Shown here piece by piece: positions 49,301 through 61,272 of a DNA stretch of 64,000 nucleotides. The notes under the pieces were generated by a model. It had not been told where the DNA came from. It did no database searches and worked only from the letters and a program-made list of their open reading frames with translations. Each line of letters begins with the position of its first letter. Position 1 is the first letter of the stretch. The DNA is from Botryllus schlosseri (Eukaryota), in contig CM119385.1 of NCBI GenBank assembly GCA_051294905.1, positions 8,060,001-8,124,000 of the forward strand. Direction: 5' to 3'. Position numbers and translations under genes: made by a program.

Positions 49301-50353
49301 TTTCATTGTCTTCTGACACGCGATGGTTTCTTGGTCATTGACTTTCTCCTTGTTGGAGTTGGAATGCGAAAAACCCCAGCAGGCTTGTTTTAAAAACGAC
49401 ACGCGCCTGCCTGATGGTAACACTCTCGACTCCGTACCGAAAAACGGCCACTGATTAGATTCTTCAATATCAATTTGCTGGATTTCCTCTGCATCTACAG
49501 CGCGATGATCGTGTATAATAAAAGATGCCTCTTCCGCCAGTTTTGATTCTAGTATTTGTGGTATTGCTCTTTCGTGCCCTCCAGCGACGGGACTTTGATT
49601 AGGATTTGCCGCGTTTGCTTTGTCAACTGTACTATCAGGGCCTATTACTGCGGATCTTATGGCGGTCGCGGATCCGTCCGGATTTAGTTCACCAGAGAAG
49701 TGATCAAGTAGGTGGTGGCGGAAATGTCTCCGGTGCGGGTGCGGGTGGATCTCGTGAACCAAACGTTGCGGTGAACTGTTGTCTGATCGCGCTTGTTTAC
49801 CCTGTGACATACTCTGAACTGTCGGCTGTATCGCATCCTCGCAACGGCCGCCTTCGGAAACCTCTTGACTTTCTGATAAATCGTTATGGGCTGATATCGG
49901 CGAATCCTGCCCTCGTCTTTGAGCTCTTGCGACTGCTGACGTTCCTGCTGATCTGTAAATACAAAACTCGCGCAATGAACGGGCGCCTTCGACTCACTTC
50001 TCTTGGGAGCGACGGAGGGCATGTGTATGAATTATTGAAGAAGGGAAAGAAGTACAGGAGATGAAGGTAGAGAGGCTAACCAGTTTTAATCAATACCTGC
50101 CTATCTCGCAATGAAAGATCAACCAGAGGCAGCTAATTCTCCGAAAGTATACTTCGATTTTTCTTTATAAAACAGTTAATCTTTATCATCTAAGATAGCG
50201 AAAGCTATCGTACAATATTCTGTGATGATTACAATAGTGAGTAGCAGCAAGAACAATAACAACAACAACAACAACAAAAAATCAGTATTAGAGGTTGAAT
50301 TGTTAAATATAGTCTCACCTCGTGAAATCTTCCGGTGGCTCTCTTTTTATCAT
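40368..50353 (-). CDS. SOGA: SOGA/MTCL-family microtubule cross-linking coiled-coil protein, 12 predicted exons, ~1231 aa
   Basis: Exons (5'->3') 50353-50319, 49952-48461, 46190-46012, 45572-45449, 44964-44869, 44765-44601, 43483-43286, 43227-43101, 43035-42881, 42805-42616, 42546-41723 and 40478-40368. All are GT-AG, phases are consistent, and the total is 3696 nt. SOGA-domain matches: RQLNQANKYCRILHYRLQ, LEEELKLSRQVAVSLHWELQTV, ELDKYQDLYGD and LKLRLKLAEDQSGVLARKLIEVQLEN. The first and last exons are less certain, and the specific paralogue cannot be assigned. Confidence 0.85.
46885..47513. mobile_element. hAT-type MITE in a SOGA intron
   Basis: Ends caggggtcgggaacctatggctc / ggttccctacccttg with atggctc subterminal motifs. 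The TSD is not preserved. Confidence 0.65.
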
Positions 50354-53300
50354 GCTATCGCTCAACCATTTGCAACTATGAATGTCCGATAGCGATTGGA
50401 CATTTTGCTTTTCTGTGATATCCAATTTCTTGCTATGTAGATGTACAGTAGGAGATCACCATGCTATGTATGTAGTGAAAATGATATTTCATGGAGATGA
50501 CAGAAATTCGTACTCGATCTCATTCCCAGGGTATAAGCCACTGAAATTACATATTGGACACTGGGCCTCTATTAGGCCAAGGTCACTCGGATCACGACGA
50601 TATTCTTCGAGAATCATTATGGATCGCCGTAACCCATTTAACAACCTCGACTAGTTCTGACCGTAAGTTTACACTAAACTTTAAACGGAATCCATTGTTT
50701 TAGAATGGAATTCATATTTCAAAATCTGAAATCAGTCCAGCATGTACTACGGTGCGAGCACGGCTTCTGTGCTATACGTGACCAAGCTGATGGTAACCTG
50801 ATCTATGTCTCCTGTATGACACGCATGCTGATGGTGAATGCAATTCGCTATCGACAAACCTCAACATTCTATTGACTGTAATTCGCACAACCCGCACATG
50901 AAGTGAAGTGGGAGAGGCTATATCCACGTGCTGCATCCGTGAGACTATCTACTATTTTTCTTCGTTATCGATTACTTTACTGATGACTCATCGCAGAGAA
51001 GCACATTGGTTGCCTCAAGATCAATAAGATACTGCCGAGGGAGATATCGATTACTTCACGCCCCCTCGTAGAAGATTATAAAAGTACAGAATTATATATA
51101 TATGCACATTGCGCGATGTACAGATTCCCATTCAAAACTCTCATCTTTGAGATGGCAGTATATGTTATGGCTATACAAATACAGTATACACAGCATCGCC
51201 GATACGCTAAACCCATATCTTGAGGAGAGCGTTTTGCGGTTGTTAACACAGTTATCCATCACATGACGGGTATTTAGTTCAATCCTAAATCATCAGGTTA
51301 AACTAATCGAATCTAGTAATCCTTCAGCTTGGACAAGAACTTGGCTTTTGATCAAACGATGAGGGAAAACCTGCAGCGGTAATTTCATTGTGATGTCACA
51401 GCTATGATTGATTGTCACTAATTCAATGTCAGTGCGGACTAGGTTATGGATTTTGAAATCGAAGTTGGATTCTGATCTTATCCATGATATATCTCTTTAC
51501 GTTTGTCTGTACAACACACCGCTTTGATGATCAGTCTGTAGTAGTAAGTATAACTCGCTATTATGGATTTAGGAAATGGAGTTTGTTTCATTTTCTCGCG
51601 ACTTGGTCGTCTAATTGACATAAGTTGTTGTTGTTGTTGCTGTTTATCTAACCAAAGCAACCTTCATCCGCAAAAATATGGTATAAAAATCGTTGTCACT
51701 TGAGAATCGATATGGCAAACGCTGTTCTGGGTCTTAAGTTCGGCCCTAAGGAGCCAAATATAATCAAATTCTTCTTCAGTAAAGGAATTGTATGTCCAAA
51801 TAATGCCAGATTAATTTGCATAAAATGTGGTCAAATAATCATACAGAATCTAGGATCGCACGGGCTTGAATTGTCCTCAGCGAAATTAACGAGCTCAGCC
51901 TCCCGAAATATTTTGTTGAAGACGCTCTTTGAAATCGTATCAACACTCCCGCAGTCCCAATGAATTTATAGTTTGCTAATTTTAAGATAGGCCTGTATTA
52001 AAACGGAATTGCAAAATCCCGTTTGCTCAAAATACGCAACAATGAGCTTATTTCATGTCAACAATGTGATTACTATTATTAATAATGCACTATTGCACAC
52101 TTTATATATCAAAGCCACACGATTTCGGTTACAAAATATGCATCTCGAAGTCGATCTATTTTGGTCAACACCATCGCAGTGTTTTGATGGCCGAGCAACT
52201 GAAAGATCTAGTCAGCTAAGTCAGCACTACCATCTCCAACTCCACACTATAACAGCTAGGGTGTTGAAAGTCATAGCGGGGAACCTATTGATCGGGAACC
52301 CGGCCTTAATCCAAACACGTTGAAAAGGTAAGCAATGTATTCGATACACTTTTCAAAGTAATTTTCTGGAGATCGACTCATGTTGTCATTTTCACCAGAC
52401 TAATGAATCCGCCATTCATTTATGATGAAGGAATGAGGCCTGGTGCAATAATTTATTGACATCAATTGAAAACTGCGTGCAACGTATTAATTAAATCGAT
52501 CTGGAATTCAGAACCTTGAAACACGCCCTAAAACCATTGTACACACTTTAAGCTCAGAAAGTCAGCATATAGCCCTTTGTACAGGATCATTAAATGTAAT
52601 GTTGGAGGCTGTTCCAGGCCACTGAATGTAGTGTTGGAGACTAACAATTAGGCACGGTAGACAATCTGACAAGCTCCCTGCGAGTCACGACATAAAGGCA
52701 CCCAATTCGTATGATTTGTGGTGACACGCCCGTCTTGGCAATCATTGGTTTCGGGAAATTACGCCAGATTAGTTGTCGAATTTTGACAGTTGTGGACTTG
52801 TGGTGATACGTCGTGTGAAGTGGCATACGCAGTGTAGGTTGGGGTTCTAAATCGAAACCCCGTCCTTCTGAAATGCCAATTCTATGTTCAATTTCTACAA
52901 CGTTATTTGCAACTAAGAAATTGGTATCACGCTGTTGCGTTTCAACCGAACAATATGATGACACTTTCCAAGGTGGAAGCCTCGCATTTCTCAACTGGTA
53001 TCTGAAAGTGAACAGTAGAAGCCACGCTGATTTGCAATAAGTTTCAACTATGTTTTCGTTTTGTGTGAAAATCATATTTTAATGGTTTTGTGATGCACAG
53101 TTCATTTTGTGCACCAGTGATCCAGCGTGTGAGAGTAATGTATTAAATGTGTATTGGGATCGATTTTTGTTTTATGACTAGGCAAAAATTTGTGGTTCCG
53201 CGAAGGCTTGAAGATTAATGGAAGTGTTCCCCAAGTTCGTAAAGGTCAACAACCATCATGTACTGCTCTCAAGAATCTTGATCGGAGCACGGGTAGATTT

Positions 53301-53688
53301 TTCATGGAATGACGAACGTTATCCGTGACAGTGCTCCATTTTATTCTTGCTCGTGAATTTGAATTAAATGCTCATTGCTCACGGCCGCAGAATTGATCTT
53401 ACACTGCCGCAGGTTGCGTTCCCCATATTTTAGTTAGCCTGTTATTGTGACATTACCAAGTTTATATTACTGAATAAAAATAAAATACAATACTTTTGAC
53501 GACAGAGAGGATACTGTGTCGTAAAGCCTATACATACGGAAATGGCAGTTCTCAGCTTATCGAGAAAGGTCATGATCAATTATACGCGTAATACACACTT
53601 TCTGTTCTATGTAATCAAATGCGTGAAGGCACATAAAATGAATCTCGAGAATAAATGACAGAATAATTCAAAACATTTAAAGTATTTA

Positions 53689-56600
53689 TTAGAACAACTG
53701 GAGAGCGGCTCTGAGATATTTGATCGCGTAATCCGGCATGAATAACTTGGTTTCAGGATTTTCGAGTAAAATCATCAGTAGCGCTCTGCCGCTTGAAGGC
53801 AGTTGCATCACCCGTAACTGGATATCGAAAAAGCTCATTCCCGGCGATTGTAGAAGAAGTGCCAAGGCATCCGCTAGCCCCGTGTCAACAGTAACAGGAG
53901 TAATAATGGTAGTAGTAGTGGCGGTCTGGGCTGGGAAGGTCGTAGTCCGACCCGCAGTGATTGGAGAGGACGTTGCTACCGGAGTTGTCGAAACTGGAGT
54001 ATTCGTTACTGGGAAGTTTGTTACTGTTGTTGGTAAAAGAGTGTGCGGAGTTAAGGTTGATCGCGGCTGAACCTTTGTATCGTCAACTCCGCTGCCTGGT
54101 TCGGTTGCAGTAGCCCGAACGTTCCACGGATCACCAATGAACATACTCTCTGTAAAATATCCGGCGGCCAAAGACACATGGTATGCCCGATTCAAAAGTC
54201 TTTCAATAATTTCTGGCGATAGATCGCTTCCCGAAATGTCCAATTCCATCTGGAAATCAGCCACCACCCTGCCGCTAGGAGCGGCCTCATTTGGTAAGGG
54301 TTCTCGAAAATCGGTTATATCGGCAGTCATTGAAATTAACTCCAATGAATTATCCGTGGATGAGATATTTTTTAATCCAAGTTCGAATGCTTTCAATAAT
54401 TCACCTTGAAAGATCGACGATACTCTAGTGAACTCCTTGCTTTGCGGTCCTAGCGTTACCAAAGGCATCGGGTCTATCGGAGCCATGAGGAATATAGATG
54501 CTGTGATTGTGAATGTGTAATTATTCGAGTCCTTTCTCGGTTTAATTTTGTTTCCCATACTTCCACTGGAATTGATCAAATGAAGAGTGGAGACAGATTT
54601 TGTCATGGACAGCGTCTTTGGAATGCCGACGACTGCTAACTTTTTTTTTTGTAAAGTTGATAATCTGGACATGTTCTCATCGTACCAATTGTATAAATCT
54701 ATTTCCTGAAGTCCGTTACTGAATGAATCGTCTGCACTCTCTCGCGTTGTCACTTCGTACGTTGCCATCATAATGTCTTGCCCGACAACGTCAAACGATG
54801 AAATATTCCACTCTTGGAACAGCGATATGTAGTAATATATTATACCGGCTTCAGACTCGATTGGAGTAATCGCTGGTAGTATGGAGCTTGATGCTCTGAA
54901 ACTTTTTGCGAGGTCGTTCGCATCGATGCCAGTGGAGGAACCATTATCGAAAACAGTGATCAAGTGATCAATAATCACAGTGTTTCCGTCGGTTAAATCG
55001 TTCTGGGTCGTCATATTTTTATCCGGGGTCCTCGTATCCAACAATGATACCTTGATCGGACTTCGAAAATCGAACAGCGTACTGGTCTCTACAAAGCCAA
55101 AGGAATCGATCCATTAGTGCTTACGAATCAACCGATATCGGCCTGGTGTAAAATAACCAATTTTTCGTTGATGTTGAGACAGTCTAGGGTTGCATTTAAA
55201 ACAAATGGTTGTTTAAAACACTTTGTTTAAATAAAATTTCAAACAGTGTTTTAAACAAAGGCCTTTAAAAATGTGTTATTTTCAAGTTGTAAAATCATGC
55301 CATAATTGTGTAAATACTTTCCAAAAAACATGTTGTATGAGCCTACGGACAATTACCACCCGATATAGCCGACGTATACGATATGGGGTGGTTGATAACC
55401 CTAAAAATAGTCGGTTCAACAGCTATAGTAGCCTAAGTAGATATTTCATCAAAGGAGCTATATTTACCCTATAATTTCAATTGCCAATGCCAATCCACTA
55501 TGACGTCACAATTGGATATTCGTGACGTCGTGGCTTTCAATAAAAATAAAAAGCATGTTTTGAACAAGGGCTTCGTTTTAAACATGTTTGTTTTAAATTG
55601 ATTTTTGTTTTAAATGCAACCCGATGAGACCAAAACAACAATCACTCATCAATGTGTTGATTGTAACTTGTAGGCGGGATGTGATTTGTTATTCTTCTCA
55701 TGTTGACTTTCATTGTATGTCGTTCTCTAAATTCATTACCAAAGTATTATGGTGATTGGTGATCATCATTCTGATATGATGAAGCACTCATATGACAATT
55801 AGTATGGTGTTTATAACGGACTTACGTGTTGTTAGGGTTGCATTTAATACAAAAATCAATTTAAAACAACAATGTTTAAAACACGGCCCTCGTTTAAAAC
55901 ATGTTTTTTTTTTGTTTTGTCTTATTAGCCATGCGACAGTGGATTGACATTGTCAATTGAATATAGAAGGCAAATATGGCTCCTTGACGAAATAGGCTTC
56001 CGAGCCCTGTCTTAGACGGACCAAAATATCTTTTATCAGGACCAAATCGTTAGCATTTTTACGGTCAGTGGTCATCATCATCATAACTTCCATTATACAT
56101 ACGCACCTATGCAAAACCTGTTCAACCGACGACGATTTCGAAGTTCCAACCATTCCATATCGTATACGTCGACTATATCGGGTGTAAATCATCCGCATGC
56201 TCAATAGTAAACGATATTTGGAAAGTTTATACAAATATGTCATAATTATGCAACTTTTGAAAACAAAACGATTTTGTTATCTACTCGGAAAAATCCCCCT
56301 TTTAGGCAATTCACAAGCGATCAGAGTTAGGTAAATAAATTTCCCGTTTATATATGTCCTATTTTTCGGATCCGTAAATATGGGAGGGGGCGAAAATTTG
56401 TGTGGAGCTTTATAAGGGGGCGATGTGTCGAAAAAGGTTGGGAACCACATATCTAAGCCATAATATGATTCTATCAATAAAGTGGGCTTGTAGCAATAAT
56501 TCGCACCTAACTTTCCTCGCCCGTCATGTTATATTGCTCATTCAGTGACTAATCGCAAATATTTTACCTCACCTGTGAAGTTTTCGTACACGGAAACGTT

Positions 56601-59600
56601 ACTTTGTTGCGTCACGGCCAATCCATATTTCCTCGTATAATCCGGCACGACGTATCTCATCATCTTATGATATAAACCAGAAGTCTTTCGCAACGCCTTT
56701 TCGACGTTGTCTAGTGTTGTGGAAGCCTTGAAAAATTTTGTTCGCTGATTCTTGGCTTCCGCCGCCATTCCTTCCAAAACAGGCCTGGCCAGTTCGATTT
56801 TGTTCACTCGCAGGTCAACCAAATTCGCATTATCGTGTAGCAAAGTCAAATCACTCTGTATCTTGGCGATTAGGTTTTCACGAACAACGGAATGCGGGTT
56901 CATGATCGATACATCGTAGATATTTTCGAGTCTAGTTATGACGGAAGGTCGGAGGTGAGCTATTCCTGTAAACGTTTTTAATGTCTTGCCCCTACCGCGT
57001 AATGTCGGCAACAGTCCAGTAGCTGAACCCAACGGCATATTCATCTGCACTGGACTCGAACCAATTCTTGTTAAAAGCGTCGGCGTCCGAGCAACCATGG
57101 AAATTGCTCCCAAGTTTAAAACGGTTTGAAATAACCTATGTAACTCAACGGCGTCCGTATTTACTGCGGCAACGATGTGTTCGGCGATTACGCTCCCTTT
57201 TAGAAACGAAGAGACTGCCACGTCTAAAACCTTGCTGTTTTTCCAACCGTAAACTCCCATGAGGTAATTTTGTAAATTGCGCCCTAGGTTCGTAAACGAA
57301 TGCGACTTTTCATCTTGCAATTGCTTGGAATATACGTAGGAAGTATTCAGAGGAACCAATCCGCCGAACAGTAGCAACTCTGTCATAAGAGAACATATAT
57401 ACAGTATCTATATATACACTCATCGATATTTATTCCAATATAGGGGACATCACAGTACAGAGGTGCACTGCAGAATCCGTACATTGGTCCCTAACCCAAT
57501 ATGTTTTGGTCCGAGCCTGGCGATAACTTAAGGTTGCTATTACAGCCATATTTCATTTCAATTCAATTTATTATTAGCAATTTCATCATTTCAATACACC
57601 GCGAGACTGGGATACAATGAGAAGACAGAGAGATGTCGAAACGACTTGGAGAAGTCATTGAAATCATACACCCCCGGACCCAGGCGATGTAAAATGGAGG
57701 CATGCACACCAAATGAAAAGTAAAAGGAGATAATATAAAAGGACAGGCTACAAAAGGGGGAGGTATGTGTCGGAAGGCGAGATCGATATGTCAGGTCGTG
57801 GTCCTGTAAACTTGAGGGCTGACTTCTATTGATTCAGTAGAAATAGTTTAAGCTCAGTTTGGGCGCGAAACTATGGTACGAATTTTATATAGTTGGTTAG
57901 TCGAGTGGCCGTTTGGCTCGATTTAGAGCCTGAATGTTTCCTAAAAAATCCTGAAACTATTAGCTGAGGACCGAACGTATTAAAATGTTATACTTTGTTC
58001 GTCCTCGCGTCTTGTTCTGAACCAGGAATTTCAGCTACATATTTTGGAATGAGGATATATAAAGGCTAGGATATGTTTCATGCGTATCGGCTTAAACATG
58101 AGACATTCTTATGAAATTAACCTCACTATATGGTGCTATGGTCGTAATATTTATTCATTTTGACCAGTAGATTCGGCACTTATCCAATTGAACGCCATAC
58201 ATAGCTTCACTTCTGAATGAGTATAATTATATCGCTCACCTTCGCAGAAAGTTCCTACTCTCACGAATCCATCCCGGCAATCGCATGCGTAGGATCCTCT
58301 CGTATTGACGCAAACTTCGGGGGAGATACAATCATGCATTCCTTCAAAGCATTCGTCGATATCAACACAATTCTTTCCGTTTCCAAAGAACCCGACATCG
58401 CAAGTGCAAGTATAACTGGACTGAAAATATAGAAGTATTTCACTGATTTTAATAATCGTAGAATCGTGTAGGGCTCGCCCGAACATTTTGAGGAAGCTTG
58501 GTGAACTATATGATCTAATTACTTTGCAGGCCAAGTGTATATGAGATATATGCAGCTGGGCTCTACATATACAATATACATTTATACAATCACTGCACAG
58601 TGCACAATAATAATTCGCAAGTTTTGTTGCTTTGCGTTATAATTGCTTCACAAATATGGTATAAAAGCAACCATATCGTTTTGCTTATCCATATTCTCAT
58701 ACATGGTTTTGCAATTGAATCGATAATACGCACCCTCGTGTTGTTACATCTTGCTCTTGCGTGACACGAATGTATACCTTCATCGCATTCATCTATATCT
58801 TGGCAGAACATGCCCTGAAATCCTTCCAATCCAATCGGACATTTGCATGAGTAAAAGGCGGACATCCCGAGATCGCAAATTGCGTCGGCAGCGCACTTGG
58901 TACTTTGTGCTGACGAAAATCGCGTTGGCCCTTGAAAACGTAGTCAAATACATTCGTTCCTGCCATCGCTTACATCTTTGGAGTATTTCATTGAGGCCTT
59001 TTACCATAAAACGGATCGCAGTCTACTCCGTCCTTTGTAGGATCTACGACTTGGCAAAACCGGATTCCATCCCCTTCGTACCCGGCGGCACAGTTGCATT
59101 CGTAAGATCCGACCGTGTTGAAGCAAGAGGCATTCACATGGCAACTGTGGGACTGCTTCAAGGACTGCAGAAAAATCATGAGATACACGTAAGATTCAAT
59201 AAAGTTTTGGTGCCCAAGTTCATAGATAACCGATGGTCTACAACTACTTGTATAATTTCCCGGATTCGCTTTAGCGTTTCAATATCATTTCTCAAGGCCT
59301 ACGTCAGACTGAATAATCTGATCACTATCATTTTTGAGGCCATTTTTTGGTCTGTTTTTGTAATTGGCCATAGTAACATAGTGTCACTATATCATCTTCA
59401 CTGGGTTGATCAACGAATTTTACTCACACTTTCGGCGAGCACTCACTCACCATGCATTCATCGACGTCTTCGCATTTTTTCGACAGAGCTAATTCAAAGC
59501 CCTTGTTACACTCACAGAAGTATGAACCTGCAGTGTTTACACAGATCCCGTGCACGCCACAATTCGTGTAGTCTGGACTCACGCACTCGTCGATATCATC

Positions 59601-61272
59601 ACAGAAGGTTACTCCATCACCCAAGTATCCGTTTAAGCATTTGCAACTAAAACTGTCAAATAGTGGCTCACATGTGGCTTTGGGATGACAGTTATTGAAA
59701 GACGGGGAGAGGCAGCGATTGATAGCTTTGCAGCCGGTGTTCCCTACAACAAAATAAGATTCGTGAAACATATATATTTGAGGGTGGTACCAAGGCCTGA
59801 GGAACTCTTGCGCCAATTTACAAGTTTAAGAATGACGGAATGTCATGGTGACGTAACAAGTACACGATGAAGCCTGTACATTCTTGTTCGCTGCTGGATA
59901 GTAAGTTTGCTACGTCACTGTGGGAGGGATCTACCAAGTGTTTATTCATAACGCTGAATAACTGACTTGATGTGCCGTAGTGAAACGAAATGCACGGAAA
60001 TAGAGTGTGCCGAATAATCTGCGAGAAATCGCAGTCACAGGTACATTAATTGGCTGAATGTTATAGGTCTACATCTGCAATCCCCTTTATTGCTTTACTA
60101 CGGAGCTTCAAGCTGGTATTTGTGCAATACTCGTTATTTGGTTTCTGCTGGTATTAGTTCAAAGCGGTTTGATGTCGCCAACGTTGGCATTAGCGTGTGT
60201 GGATTGTGACACTCCGCACTAGATCGATTACTTTTAGAAGATCTGGCCGTTGCAGTTTACATAATATCCTGCTGGTTCACGGTTTAAATCTATAAATATA
60301 TACGTTTCACGATCATTCTCACCATTTCCGATGTAACCAGGGGCGCATTTACAAATGTATGAAGATCCGTCAATCATACATACTGCGTTCGTCGGACAGG
60401 GATCTGAAAGCGAACGTGCATGGTAGCTTATATGTAGCGGTACTCATCCTTCAATGGATGATTCGAACCTTGACTCACCTGAATTGCATGGATTATCTGC
60501 TACGCAATAGGTTTTCCCAAATATAGTGTAAATGTTCCTGCATCGACAATCGTAGCTCCCTGCTGTATTGACGCAAATTTCCCGGTCTGGGTCACAGGAG
60601 TTTGTAAAATTGCGAAGGCATTCGTCGACGTCTGCACAGCCGTTACCGAGAAGGTCGACTTGGTAACCAGATTTGCAACGACATTCATAGCTTCCTGTAA
60701 ACGCAACAGGTGAAGGATAATCAGTCCGACCAATATCTACCTGTTTACGCCTATAGTTCTAATTACCGACGGTGTTATAACACTGCTGATCCCTGGTGCA
60801 CGCCGAAGATAACAAGCATTCGTCGATATCTTCGCAAAGACCCGTGAAATTCTTCGAGAATCCCCTCACACAATCACAATAATAGCTTCCGACCGTATTC
60901 ACACATATCGACCAGAATCCACAGACTCGTCCCAGACCGCACTCATTAAGATCTGCACACACAAAAAAAAGCGCAATCCTCGACAAGAATAAAAATGTTA
61001 CAATCCCGTTTTCATCTCAGCCTTTGGTCTTTTAGCTTATATAATATGAAGGTTTATTCGGACTAATGTAGCGCAAACCTTAGATACGTTTGATTTTCAT
61101 ATACCTCTGATTTTGGGGTAATCCTTGAAGTACTGTCCGTTTACAATAGCTGAATCCCTCTGTTGTACTGCGTCTGCATAACTTCTCAGCAATAAATCGG
61201 GCGTTACCTTTTCTACTGCTCTTGATGACAGTGACACGACGAAGTCAAACGTAGCGTCCGTGAAGTTTTTGA
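53689..61272 (-). CDS. Large extracellular SEA / calcium-binding-EGF / mucin-like protein (5' part unresolved)
   Basis: Phase-consistent exons run from a SEA-like exon (61272-61105) through 10 EGF-like repeats, most with D(I/V/L)(D/N)EC...C.NT.GSY.C.C, at ~60952-58240. A SEA exon follows at ~57380-56570 (LNTSYVYSKQLQDEKSHSF...KGSVIAEH), and a 1.4-kb last exon 55088-53689 has a further SEA-like unit and a Thr/Pro-rich stretch. A possible upstream exon lies at 63559-63416. The start codon was not found. Confidence 0.85.
55185..55624. mobile_element. MITE (TTTAAAAC-rich); an inverted second copy lies at ~55833-56280
   Basis: TIR tagggttgcatttaaaac...gttttaaatgcaaccc. The internal cgatatagccgacgtatacg reappears reversed at ~56160-56180 and, diverged, at ~20060-20080. 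Confidence 0.7.
57553..57845 (-). mobile_element. 3'-end fragment of the CR1/L2-group LINE family, (TGAAT/TGAAA)n tail
   Basis: Colinear with 17575-17860 (gtcgaaacgacttggag, ggaggcatgcacac, gtcgtggtcc). Confidence 0.8.

Noticed and set aside
48385-50064. Plus-strand ORFs of 112-188 aa (48385, 48750, 49606, 49684)
   Set aside because: They are antisense shadows of the large SOGA exon.
51478-51660. Poly-Q ORF as a possible upstream SOGA exon
   Set aside because: It derives from a short (CAA)n microsatellite with no convincing donor, and a phase-compatible ATG exon exists at 50353-50319.
58751-59650. 299-aa plus-strand ORF
   Set aside because: It is antisense to EGF-encoding exons and has no recognisable domain or sensible composition. 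Most likely a shadow ORF.
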